Source of the DNA: Heterodontus francisci
Lineage: Eukaryota
Assembly (NCBI RefSeq): GCF_036365525.1
Contig: NC_090378.1
Coordinates: 121,071,593-121,135,592, forward strand
Direction: 5' to 3'
DNA: 64,000 nt
This document shows, one piece after another, positions 13,031 to 25,500 of the stretch. The notes below the pieces were generated by a model that worked only from the letters and a program-made list of their open reading frames with translations, was not told where the DNA came from and did not search any database. The position numbers and the translations under genes were made by a program. Position 1 is the first letter of the stretch, and each line of letters starts with the position of its first letter.

Positions 13031-13186
13031 AATGTTAGAGACAGTCCGCAGAGGAGACACAACTTTAAATATAACAGGGGTGAGCTGGGAGGATAAAGGT
13101 CATTGTCAGCACGGAATTTCAAGTCTCTTCCTTCTCGTGACTGGGTCTGAGACACTTCTGAGGATCAGGGGTTAAGGCTCGAAATT

Positions 13187-13403
13187 GGGACAGTGTAGAG
13201 GGAGCTTTACTCTGTATCTAACCCCGTGCTGTACCTGTTCTGGGAGTGTTTGATGGGGACAGTGTAGAGGGAGCTTTACTCTGTATCTAACCCTGTGCTG
13301 TACCTGCCCTGGGAGTGTTTGATTGGACAGTGTAGAGGGAGCTTTACTATGTATCTAACCCGTACTGTACCTGTCCTGGGAGTGTTTGATTGGACAATGT
13401 AGA
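13187..13403. repeat. ~68-bp tandem repeat (~3 copies) in the light-chain 3' UTR
   Basis: Unit GGACAGTGTAGAGGGAGCTTTACTCTGTATCTAACCC...GGGAGTGTTTGAT with periods 69/68/67; related units at ~29780-29850 and ~30060-30145. Confidence 0.9.
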
Positions 13404-13597
13404 CTCGTGATGCCAAGTAAAACCTCTCCAAGATGCTGAAGACTGTCAGCTGAGCTAAAATAATGTGAACCTCAGAAGTCGCTGCTTCAGTAAACCAGAT
13501 CTCCTTCCTGCTCACCCTGCAGTTACAATTTAAAGTTTAGTCTCTGTTTAAAGCGACAGGATTCTCATGTTATTGAGAAAATCTCCACAACTGTTTT

Positions 13598-13698
13598 AAT
13601 AAACCTTCATTCTCCCTGTGAATTTCTCCAGCTTCCTCTCACTGAGCTGTTTATTCAAGTCTTTTTTCTGTAAATGTAAATCAGTAAAAGGTAATAAA
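13598..13698 (+). terminator. Candidate polyadenylation signals of the light-chain gene
   Basis: AATAAA at 13598-13603 and 13693-13698, ~570 and ~665 nt after the stop codon. Confidence 0.6.
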
Positions 13699-13854
13699 CA
13701 TTAAGAATATTCAGTAAATGTCTCGGGAGTACTTTGGAAATGTCCCACCTTCCTGTCAGCTGATTGGCTGTATTTCAACAAGTGACTCTAATGATTGGCT
13801 GGTTGAACTCTCAATCAATAGCACATTAGCATAAGATTTGATTCCAAACATATA

Positions 13855-14372
13855 TACAACATATGAATTAGGAGCAGGAGTAGGCCACTCGGCCCCTCGA
13901 ACCTGCTCCACCATTCAATAAGATCATGGCTGATCTGATTGTAATCTCAACACTACATTCCCTCCTACCCCTGATAACCTTTCACCCCCTTGCTTATCAA
14001 GAATCTATCTTCCTCTGCCTTAAAAATATTTATAGACTCTGCTTCCATCGCCTTTTGAGAAAGAGAGTTCCAAAGAGTCACGACCCTTGGAAATAAAAGA
14101 ATTCTCAACTCTGTATTAAATGGGTGACACCTCATTGTTAAATTGTGACCCCAAGTTCTAGTTTCTCCAACAAGAAGAAACAACCTTTCCACATCCACCC
14201 TGTCAAAACCCCTCAGGAATCTTATATGTCTCCATCAAGTCACCTCTTACTCTTCTAAACTCCAGTGGATATAAACCTAACCTGTCCAACCTTTCCTCAG
14301 AGGAAAACCTGCACATTCCAAGTATTAGTCTAATAAACCTTCTCTGAACTGATTCCAACACATTTACATCCT
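13855..14372 (-). mobile_element. CR1 LINE 3' fragment
   Basis: RVVTLWNSLSQKAMEAESINIFKAE; tail 'ggagcaggagtaggcc' on the plus strand. Confidence 0.85.
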
Positions 14373-15797
14373 GCAGGTGTATGTGTCTGAGTGTGTGTGT
14401 GTTAAACTGTACTGTCTGTAGGTGTGTGTCTCTGAGTGTGTGTGGGTTACCCTGTACTGTCTGTAGGTGTGTGTGTCTGTGTGTGTGTGGGTTACCCTGT
14501 ACTGTCTGTAGGTGTGTGTCTCTGAGTGTGTGTGTGTTACCCAGTACTGTCTGCAGGTGTGTGTGTCTGAGTGTGTGTGGGTTACCCTGTACTGTCTGTA
14601 GGTGTGCGTGTCTGAGTGTGTGTGGGTTACCCTGTACGGTCTGTAGGTGTGTGTGTCTAAGTGTGTGTGGGTTACCCAGTACTGTCTGTAGGTGTGTGTC
14701 TCTGAGTGTGTGTGGGTTACTCTGTACCGTCTGTAGGTGTGTGTCTCTGAGTGTGTGTGGGTTACCCTGTACGGTCTGTAGGTGTGTGTGCCTGAGTGTG
14801 CGTGTTACCCTGTAAAGTCTGTAGGTGTGTGTGTCTAAGTGTGTGTGGGTTACCCTGTACTGTCTGTAGGTGTGTGTCTCTGAGTGTGGGTGTGTTACCC
14901 AGTACTGTCTGTTGGTGTGTGTGTCTGAGTGTGTGTGTGTTACCCTGTACTGTCTGTAGGTGTGTGTCTGGGTTACCCTGTACTGTCTGTTGGTGTGTGA
15001 GTCTGAGTGTGGGTGTGTTATAGAATCATAGAGTTATACAGCACAGAAACAGGCCCTTCAGCCCATCATGTCTTTGCCAGCCATCAAGCACCTATCTATT
15101 CTAATCACATTTTCCAGCACTTGGCCCGTAGCCTTGTATACTATGGCATTTCAAGTGCTCATCTAAATACATCTTAAATGTTGTGAGGGTTCCTGCCTCT
15201 ACCACCTCTACAGGCAGTGCGTTCCAGATTCGCACAACCCTCTGGGTGAAATTTCTTGTCCTCAAATCCCCTCTAAACCTCCTACCCCTTACCTTAAATC
15301 TATGCACACTGGTTATTGACCCCTCTGCAAAGGCAAAAGGTTTCTTCCTATCTATCCTTTCAATGCACCTCATAATTTTGTATACCTCAATCAGGTCCTC
15401 CTTCAGCCTTCTCTGCTCTAAGGAAAATAACTCTCGCCTATCCAGTCTCTATTCATAGCTATCCAGTACTCTCTGTAGGTGTGTATGTCTGAGTATGTGT
15501 GTATTACACAGTGCACTCTGTCGGTGTGTTTCTCTGAGTGTGGGTCTGTTGAACAGTACTGCCTGTAGGCGTATCTCTCTGAGTGTGGGTGTGTTACCCA
15601 GTACTGTCTGTACATGTGTGTCTCTGAGTGTGGGTGTGTTACCCAGTACTGTCTGTTGGTGTGTGTCTCTGAGTGTGGGTGTGTTACCCAGTACTGTCTG
15701 TAGGTGGGTGTCTCTGAGTGTGGGTGTGTTACCCAGTACTGTCTGTAGGTGTGTGTCTCTGAGTTTGAGTGTGTTACCCAGTACTGTCTGTAGGTGT
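14373..15797. repeat. ~42-44-bp TG-rich minisatellite, split by a CR1 fragment
   Basis: Unit GTGTGTGTCTCTGAGTGTGTGTGGGTTACCCTGTACTGTCTGTAG on both sides of the insert. Confidence 0.92.
15021..15460 (-). mobile_element. CR1 (HER1-like) 3' fragment inserted in the minisatellite
   Basis: FTQRVVRIWNALP; tail 'tagaatcatagag'. Confidence 0.85.
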
Positions 15798-15894
15798 GGC
15801 TGCTACGTTTTGAAGATGCAATGGCACGTTCCACTATCACAGACATCACAAGGAAAAAGGCCTTACTTCGACACTTGGAGGTGAAGAATTAGAA

Positions 15895-16998
15895 TATGGT
15901 TTTCCAGCATACGGCCCACGGGCCAGACTTTCGCCCTTCAAAGCACTTTGGTGGGCAGCTATATTTTTATTAGGATCCTCTACCCAAACAAGGTGGCTGT
16001 GCCCAGCGGGAGAGCGGCATTCACATCCTGTCTCTGTAATGCACATTGCTGGAGAGTGAACAGATGGGGAATGGGCAGCAGAGACGAGGAGTGGGGACTG
16101 GAGAGAGGGGTGTGGGATGCGGGGAGTGGAGTGTGGAGTGGGGATGAGAGAGAGGGAGTCAGAGGGAGGGGGAGAGAGAGAGAGAGGGGGAGAGAGAGGG
16201 AGGGAGGGGAGAGAGACAAAGGCGGATGAAAGTGGGACAGAGAGGGGGAGAGAGAGACAGAGAGGGGGGAGAGGGAGAAGGGGAGAGAGGAGGGAGAAAG
16301 AGAGATACAGACGGGGGAGAGGGAGAGACAGATAGAGGGAGAAAGAGAGAGAGACATGGAGGAGAGAGAGAAAGGCAGAGAGAGGTGGGAGAAAGAGAGA
16401 GGGGGAGAGGGAGAGATGGGGAGGGTGATAAAGACAGAAAGTGGGGAGAGAGATTGAATGCGGGGGAAGGAAGAGACAGAGAGGGAATAGAGAGGGACAG
16501 AGAGAGGGGAGAGAGAGACAGAGAGAGGGGATAGTGGGACAGACAGAGAGAGGGAGAGTGACAGAGAGAGTGGGGAGACAGAGGTAGGGGAGAGGGAGGG
16601 ACTGAGAGGGGGAGAGAGAGATGGAGGGGGGAAAGAGAGACAGAAAGATACAGAGAGCAAGAGGAGAGAGGAAGAAAGATCAATATCTCTCTGACACATG
16701 GACATCTATCTGGAATACTCTGCATCGCTTTGTCAAGTGCACAGGCAGAGATTGAGTATTAATGCAAGCAAAAACAATGTCAGGTAGGTCACTAAATTAA
16801 TGTTCAACATAGTGATGAGAAAGTACGTCAATAAATTACTTCTCAATTAAAGCTTCTCCATAAAAATGCACATTTATTGTAGTTTTCATACAAGGATAAA
16901 TTTTTAATGCCTTTATCTTCCAAAATGTTCTCACTGGCCCCCTCTGGAGGGTAAAAATTGGAATCTGGCCACTGACACGAAAAAGTTGGACACCCCTG
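15895..16998. mobile_element. Probable decayed hAT/Charlie-like element with internal GA-rich expansion (~16060-16680)
   Basis: Right TIR AAAAGTTGGACACCCCTG at 16981-16998; left end only degenerate ('tggttttccagcatacggcccacgggcc'); no TSD match. Confidence 0.4.
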
Positions 16999-17069
16999 TT
17001 ATCAAATCACAAAACTGGAAAGACGTGATCTAGAAACGTCTACAGATTAATTCTGACACACTACAAGAT

Positions 17070-19768
17070 TTTGTTGCAGCAGCTTTTTCGGAAGCAGAGA
17101 TAGTGCGAGCGAGTTATCATCTGGGAAGGTCAGTTTCAACTTCAAGTAAATTACGTTTTGTTTTGGCGGACCAGGGGACTGCTGGGTAAGTAAACACCTA
17201 TATATTTGGGCAGTTTAAAATAACTTTCCTTTTGTTGCAGCAGCTTTTTCGGAAGCAGAGATAGTACGAGCGAGTTATCAGCTGGCAAGGTCAGTTTCAG
17301 CTTAAAGTAAATTACCTTTTGTTTCGGCGGACCAGGGGACTGCTGGGCAAGTAAAAACCTTTATATCTGGGCAGTGGCTGAACCTGAGAAACGACACGTG
17401 TAGTGTCTCCCACCCGCCCTCGTTCTCTACCCAAAAAAAAGGACTCTGGTGTGTTGATAAGGTAACTTTGTTATTTCTTCTGTATCGTGTGATCGGTTAA
17501 AAATTTACTTTCTTTTTTTACTTTTTTTTTGATTTATCTATTAATTGGTTATTTGACAAAGACCATAGCAGAGAAGCGTCAAAGTATTTAACTCATAAAT
17601 TTATATAAAGTAATAAAGTAATTAACTAAGTAGAGATGGCTGGGCAGGTGATGTGCTGTAGCTGTATGATGTGGGAGCTGGCTGACCACATTGTGAACGG
17701 CAGGGACCACATCTGCAGCAAGTGTTGGTTGCTGGAAGAACTCCGGCTCAGAGTTGATGATCTGGAATCTGAGCTTCAAACACTGCGGCACATCCGGGAG
17801 GGGGAGAGTTACCTGGACGTTTTGTTTCAGGAGGCAGTCACACCTGGTAGATTAAGTAATTCAAATTCAGTTAGTGATCAGGGACAGCAGGGTGTGATTG
17901 CAAGTGAGGCAGGTAGGGGGATCCTGAGTTCAGGAGTAGAGGAGCCTCAGCCTTTGACCTTATCCAACAGGTATGAGATACTTGCTCTCTGTGTGGATGA
18001 GGAAAAGGGTTGTGGGGAGGATGAGCCAACTGACCATGGCACCATGGTGCAGAAGGCCATTCAAGAGGGGGGAGCAAAAAGACAAGTGGTAGTTATAGGG
18101 GATTCTATAATTAGGGGGATAGATAGTAACATTTGCAAGCCGGATCGGGAGTCCCGCATGGTGTGTTGCCTGCCAGGGTGCAGGACATCTCTGACCGGCT
18201 TGAAAGGATATTGGAGCGGGAGGGGGAGGATCCAGTTGTTGTGGTCCAAATTGGGACTAACAACTTAGGCAAGGCTAGGATGGAGGACCTGTCCCAGCAG
18301 ATTGGAAAACAGCAGATGTGACGCCACTGTTTAAAAAGGGAGGTAGACAAAGATGGGGAATTATAGACCGGTTAGCTTAACCTCTGTAGTGGGGAAGATG
18401 CTTGAGTCTATTATCAAGGAAGAAATAGCAGTGCATCTCAATAGAAATTGTCCCGTTGGGCAGACGCAGCATGGGTTCATGAAGGGCAGGTCATGCTTGA
18501 CAAATCTTTTGGAATTCTATGATGACATTACGAGCAAGGTGGACAATGGGGACCCAGTGGATGTGGTGTACCTAGATTTCCAAAAGGCCTTCGACAAGGT
18601 GCCGCACAAGAGGCTGCTGCATAAGATAACATGGCGTTAGGGGTAAAGTATTAGCATGGATAGAGGATTGGTTGACTAACAGGAAGCAGAGAGTGGGGAT
18701 AAATGAGTGCTATTCTGGTTGGCAATCAGTCACTAGTGGTGTGCCTCAGGGATCGGTGTTGGGACCGCAATTATTTACAATTTATACAGATGATTTGGAG
18801 TTGGGGACCACGTGTAGGGTGTCAAAGTTTGCAGATGACACTAAGATGAGTGGCAGAGCAAAGTGTGCAGATGACTGTGAAACTTTGCAGAGGAACATAG
18901 ATACATTGAGTGAGTGGACAAAGGTCTGGCAGATGGAATACAATGTTAATAACTGTGAAGTCGTTCATTTCGGTAGGGGTAACAGTAAAAAGGATTATTA
19001 CTTGAATGGTAAAAAGTTGCAGCATGCTGCTATGCAGAGGGACCTGGGTGTCCTTGTGCATGAATCGCAGAAGGTTGGTCTGCAGGTACACCAAGTAATT
19101 AGGAAGGCAAATGGAATTTTGTCCTTCATTGCTAAAGGGATTGAGTTTAAAAGCAGAGAGGTTATGTTGCAGCTGTATAAGGTACTGGTGAGGCCGCACC
19201 AGGAGTACTGTGTGCAGTTTTGGTCTCCTTACTTGAGAAAGGATGTACTGGCACTGGAGAGGGTGCAGAGGAGGTTCACTATGTTGATTCAGAGTTGAGG
19301 GGGTTGGTTTATGAGGAGAGACTGAGTAGATTGGGATTATATTCATTGGAATTCAGAAGAATGAGGGGGGATCTTACAGAAACATATAAAATCATGAAGG
19401 GAATAGATAAGATACAAGTAGAGAGGATGTTTCCACTGGCAGGTGAAGCTAGAACAAGAGGGCATAGCCTCAAGATTAGAGGGAGCAGATTTAGGACTGA
19501 ATTAAGAAGGAACTTCTTCACCCAGAGGGTTGTTAATCTATGGAATTCCTTGCCCAGTGAAGTAGTTGATGCTTCTTCAGTAAACGTTTTTAAAGCTAAG
19601 GTAGATATCTTTTTGAACAATAAAGGAATTAAGGGATACGGTGGAAGCGCGGGTAAGTGGATCTGAGTCCACGAAAAGATCAGCCATGATCTTTTTGAAT
19701 GGCGGAGCAGGCTTGAGGGGCCGGACGGCCTACTCCTGCTCCTCGTTCTTATGATCTTATGATTATGA
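17070..19768 (+). mobile_element. CR1 LINE with 5' UTR, ORF1 (zinc finger/leucine zipper plus esterase), internal deletion of the endonuclease, RT and tail
   Basis: ORF1 17636-~18285 (CCSCMMW...CSKC; VVVIGDSIIRG); jumps at ~18290 into VPADWKTADVTPLFKKG; KFADDTK; tail (TCTTATGA)n; ~160-bp duplication in the 5' UTR. Confidence 0.9.
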
Positions 19769-19769
19769 A

Positions 19770-21180
19770 GATCTTCACACGAATGTTCGAAATGAGCTCA
19801 CTGTTACAACTACATCTGATCTCATATTACACAACAACTGTATGGTCATTTCACACTCATTAAGAGAATGTGCTGTTGATAAAGGACACCAGGGAATAGT
19901 CAAGAGCAAACAACTCCTTAGGCAAAAGGTTTAGGTTCCAGGAATGAACTGCATGGCAGTGATAAAATCAATCAGTGTTTACCATGTCAACTACCCACAA
20001 TGTCAAATCTTCATGATCCTCTCGTGATGTCTGAACTACCTCCAGGACCAGGGATTGTGTCAGTGTTGATGTCACAGATTTACCCACAGGTGAACACCTG
20101 CTTGTTGTCACTGACGACTACAGCAGATTCCCAATCGTGGAATTAGTTAAGTCAACTCCAACAAAAGCAGTGATTCCAAAGCTTGACCAGATCTTTACCT
20201 TGTTTGGAATCCCTCAAACAGTAAGAAGTGACAATGAACCCCCATTCAACAGCAATGAGTTCAGTAAATTCACAAACTACCTAGTGTTCACTCATTGGGA
20301 AATCACACCCCATTGGCCAAGAGCTAATGGAGAAGTCGAGACATTTATGTGAACCTTGAAAATAGTGATACGGACAGCTACAGCTGTGAACAAGTCATGG
20401 GAGCAAGAGTTATATCACTTTCTTCATAATTACAGAGTGACTCCTCACTCAACTACTGGAAAACCTCCAGTCACTCTCATCTTTACACATCCTCTGTGCA
20501 CACGTCTTCCTCAATTACCCTACGGAGATAATGATCAACATATACATCAACACGATCGATATCAGAAGGATAGATTGAAGGTAAATGCAGAACGAAACAT
20601 GAAACTTCGAGCTACACCATTAAAGCCAGGAGATAAAGTACTTGTGAAACGTGATGGTCATGTTGGAAAACAAACAACCCCTTATAACATCCAACCATTT
20701 GTTGTGACCAACACAAAAGGATCAATGATCACTGCTGAGCACGATTCACAAATTATCACAAGAAACGTGTCATTCTTCAAACACTGAAAACACCTCTTGT
20801 AAACATTGAATCCAATTTCAGCATCGACACCTCCGATGAAGAACATGAGTTAAATGAGACTTCACCTGATGTCAGACAATATCCTACTTGTGAGAGAAAA
20901 TGCCCATCATACATAGGTGACTATATAACGAAGTGAACTATTTATGTGTAAGTTTATACTTTACATTTTTGGAAACAAACCATTGACACATACAACATCT
21001 CTCATTTACTGAGAAGGGGAGGAATGTCGTGTTGTCCTGTTTTGAAATTGCATTGTACATTTTGTACAACTTGAAGCCACTGTAGAACACACAGGCTAGC
21101 AAAGGGAAAGTGGAAATAAAACAGAATAAAGAAGAAGCCTTTGTGTTTTACAGCCTGCAGTCTCAGTCTCACATATCTCA
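19770..21180 (+). mobile_element. Gypsy integrase remnant, PPT and start of 3' LTR
   Basis: GHQGIVKSKQLLR, DDYSRFP, FGIPQTVRSDNEPPF, ITPHWPRANGEVE, YRVTPHSTTG; purine tract GAGAAGGGGAGGAA (21011-21024) followed by TG at 21025. Confidence 0.82.
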
Positions 21181-22159
21181 TCCTAAACTCGGCTAAACCT
21201 CACTAAGTCCCGAGGACATCACTCGCTGTTGGGCTGGAGTGGGCTGTGAGTGATTGGGCAGTGGAGAGGATCGTCACCCTCTTGGCATCGTGAGGGCAGA
21301 AGAACAGGGGGCGAGGCTGCCACGGACAATTGGGTGGCCATGTGACCAGCGGGAAGGCAGCCAAGCCTCTGGCTTTGCTGGACCATTATGTAAATCAAGT
21401 GCTCTGTGTTCTCCCACTCTGCAGTATGAGCACTCAAACAGCGGCCACAGGAATGGCTGCCGTGGTGAGTTTAAATTGGACTCACACTTGAGGTGCCCCC
21501 CAAAACCCCCGTTATTGCATTAATTAACTGGTCACCACTGTGAAACCCGGAACTCATTTCTGTTTCCCCCCAGGGACGGGTTTGGGACCCGGAAAAAGTC
21601 CCGACGTCCATTTCCTGCCCCCGATATGAAAATCCAGCCCCATCCACCTGATTGGAGAGATTCAAAGAGGGAAGTCTGGGGAAAATGGGCACAGATTAAT
21701 GAGGCAAAAATACATTCACACTTTGGAGAGGAAAGGGAGATTAGTGATGGGGTAGTTTACAAGGACACATTGGTTGAGTGTGGATTTTTTGAGGAGATGG
21801 TGATGGTGATGATGATGATTTTGAGAGCGAGGGGGTCATTACCTGTGGAGAGCCCGAACCTCTGATACCTGAACTCTCCCAGTGAAGCTTTCCCTTGGCT
21901 ACTTTATCTCTCTCATCATGGCTCCAAACTGTAATCTGAATAATTCCAATGGTTTTCCCTCTGTTTCCTTGTTTTCCTTATTATTCCAAACATATTCCCC
22001 TCTGAGTCAGGAATATTTACCTGATCGATGCTGTAATTTTTCTGTCACTACTTTCCATTAACTTCATCAGCTTTTACCATCGAATCCGAGAATCACACAA
22101 CACTGAAGGAGGCCATTCAGCCCCTCGGGCCTGTTGTTGGAATCTGCTTTGATCTACAT

Positions 22160-22506
22160 TTTTAAAATTCTTTCTTGGGATGTGGGTGCCGCTGGCTAGG
22201 CCAGCATTTATTGCCCATCCCTAATTGCCCTTGAGAAGGTGGTGGTGAGCTGCCTTCTTGAACCCCTGCAGTCCGTGTGGCGTAGGTGAACCCACAGAGC
22301 TGTTAGGAAGGGAGTTCCAGGATTTTGATCCAGTGACAGTGAAGGAACAGCGATATAGTTCCAGGTCAGGATGGTGTGTGACTTGGAGGGGATCTTGCAG
22401 GTGGTGCTGTTCCCATGCATCTGTTGTCTTTGTCCTTCTTGGTGGTAGAGGTCGCGGGTTTGGAAGGTTCTGTCTAAGGAAACATGGTGTGTTGCTGCAG
22501 TGCATC
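22160..22506 (-). mobile_element. CR1/L2-group LINE 3' fragment
   Basis: SKSHTILTWNYIAVPS and tail shared with 10476-11325. Confidence 0.85.
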
Positions 22507-25500
22507 TTATTTATTTTGAAGAAAGCTTTTATACCCCAGGCCCCTTTTATTTTGCTGAGGGGGCCTTTATTCCTCAGGTCCCCTTTAAATAAAAAATAAC
22601 TTGACTAAAAACAGATAAATAGAACAAAAATCAAATTAAAATGCCATTCTCAGCATTGATGATGCACTCCAGCCCCTGCGGTGACCACCGGTGGCAGACG
22701 GCCTCGATCGAACCCGCGATCACCGCGTGCTCCTTCTCCAGGGACACCCGGGCACGAACGTAACCTGGGAAGAGGGACAGGCAATCAGGGCGGATAAACC
22801 CCCTGATGGCCCGCAGCCTGGACCTGTGAATTGCCATCTTGGCCAGGCCCAGGAGCAGACCGACGAGGAGATCCCTCCCCCGGCCAATGCCCCTCCGCAC
22901 CGGGTGCCCAAAGATCAGGAGCGTGGGGCAGAAGTGCAGCCAGAACTGGAGGAGCAGCCCCTTCAAATTCTCAAAGAGGGGCTGCAACCTCGCACATTCC
23001 ATATAAACATGGAACACAAACCCGTCCAGGCCGCAGAAATTACAGGCAGCCTGGGGGTCCGTGAACCAACTTAAAAGAATATTGCAAGAGACTACCCTAT
23101 ACAGCACTCTCCACCCCGGGTACCCAATGTAAAGGGGGAGGACTCCCACAAAGAGAGACCTCCACTGGGGTTTCCCCTCGCCGCAAGATGGCAACATGGA
23201 CTGCAAGGACATGACGCTGACTGATGAGAGCGAGGAAGTGGAGAGTGTGCAGAAGCAGCCTGTACAGGAAACCCCTCCGCGCCGTGTGGAATGGAACGGA
23301 AGTTATTTCCAAGAGGCATTTCGGGTTGTGCGGGACCGGCTCCCGAGGTGGGTTTCGGGGCCTGGGTCTGATGAGCACGCCGAGCCGAGCGGGGGTAGCT
23401 CGGCCAGGAGCTCTCCGCTCTCCCAAGCCCCCTCGTCACCTGCAATGAGGGGCGTCCTGGGGGCTTCAGCTACTCCTCCGCCCGTCGGTCCGTCCCCAGA
23501 GTTGGCCGCCTGGACAGCCGAGGCGCTCTCCTCTGCCGACGTGGGAGCACCCTGACTGGAGACGACCATGTTCCAGACTCTAAATAGATCCCGGGAAAAG
23601 ACACGCAACTCCCTCAGAGAGGCGCGGCTAACGTTCTCCACTGGGAGCTGCGTGTTGTCTTAAAGGCAGTGCCCCTGGTGGAAAAAAGTACATCGCCATC
23701 GCACACCATCTGGGAGGATGCTCCACATACAGGGTCTACAGGGACTGAAGGCGGAGAGTCGCAGTCTGGGTGCGGACGCACACCAGCGACTGGCTGCCCT
23801 CCTCGATCAAGAGGCTCAAGACCGCAGCAGAGACCCAGTGTTTCGTCTTGCCCCAGAAGAAATCGACGAGCTTCTTCTGGATCTTGGTAGCAAATGCAGG
23901 GGGCGGGGCCAAAGTGGCCAACCGGTTCCACAGCAGCGAGGCCACCAGTTTGCTTATGACCAGCGCTTGGCCCCTGTAGGAAAGCACTCGGAGCTGTCCT
24001 GTCCAGCGCCCCAGCCGAGTGGTGACTTTTGCCTCCAACACCTGCCAGTTTGCCGGCCAGGCTTCCTCAGTGGAGCTAAGGTGGAGTCCCAGATAGAGGA
24101 GGTGCTTGATGCTCCACGCAAAATGTGTCAACTCCTCCGGCAGGGTGTCGACCCGCCACTGACCACCAGGAGTCCGGAATATTTCTCCCAACTGATCCTT
24201 GCGGAGGACACGGCAGAAAAGGTCTGCTGGCAGTCGCGCATCCTCCGCAAGTCAACGGGATCTGTGATCGTGAGGAGCACATCATTGGCGTAAGCTGAGA
24301 GGACGACCCACATGGCCAGCCCAAACAGAGCCAATCCCGTCAACCTCCTGCGAAGCAGGCACAGGAAGGGCTCCACGCAGATGGTATGCAATTGGCCGGA
24401 CATGGGGCATCCCTGACGCACTCCTCTCCCAAAGTGAAGGGGAGCCATCAACGACCCGTTAACTTTGACCAGACACTCTGTGCCGGCGTATAAAAGTCGT
24501 ACCCGGGCCACATAATGAGGCCCGAGTCCGAATGCGCACAGAGTCCCGAAAAGGTATTCGTGATCCACCCTGTCGATCGCCTTCCCCTGATCGAGGGAGA
24601 GAAAGGCGACCGACAGACCAGCCCTCTGGGAAAGTTAGATCAAGTCTTGGATCAGGAGGATGTTGTCCTGGATGTACTGGCCCAGAACCTGGTCAGGGTG
24701 GATCATGTGGGCCAGCACGGTGCCCAGGCGGGTAGACATAGCCCGGGCAAAGATCTTATAATCCATGCCGAGGAGGGAGACCGGATGCCAGTTTTTAAGC
24801 AAGTGGAGATCGCCCCCCTTCGGCAGCAGGGTGATGACTGACCTGCGCCACGAGAGGGGCATCTCTCTGGTCGCCAGGCTTTCCCCCATGACCCGCGCAT
24901 AATCGTTGCCCAGGATCCGCACATAATTGTTGCCCAGGATGTCCCAGAACGTCCTGAGGAACTCCACGGTCAGTCCATCCAACACTGGGATTTTCCCCCT
25001 GAGAGGTGATGGAGGGCACCGGTCAGCTCCACCAACATGAGTGAAGCCTCCAATCCTTCGGCGCCCTCCAGGCTGACCTTCAACAGGTCCTCCCACAAAA
25101 CTCTGCATGCGTCCTCGTTGGATGGATCGGAGAGAACACCACACATTAATAGATGCGGACAACGAGGGTCATTCCCTCCGGATCCGGGATGGAGGATCCG
25201 TTGTGGCCAGCAGCTCAACAAGCTGCTTACGGACCCCCCGCCATTTTTTCAGCGAGTAGAAGAAGAGAGGTGATAGCTGAGCCTAGGTAGGTGAACTCTT
25301 GAACCACTTCCAGAGCGTGTCGCCGATATTGATGGAATCACCAGTAACCTGTCGCTCGATGCAGAAATCAACAAGCGCATGAGAAAGGCGTCCGCTGCTA
25401 TGTCCAGACTGGCCAAGAGGGTGTGGGAAAATGGCGTACTGACACGGAACACAAAAGTCCGAGTGTTTCAAGCCTGTGTCCTCAGTACCTTGCTCTACGG

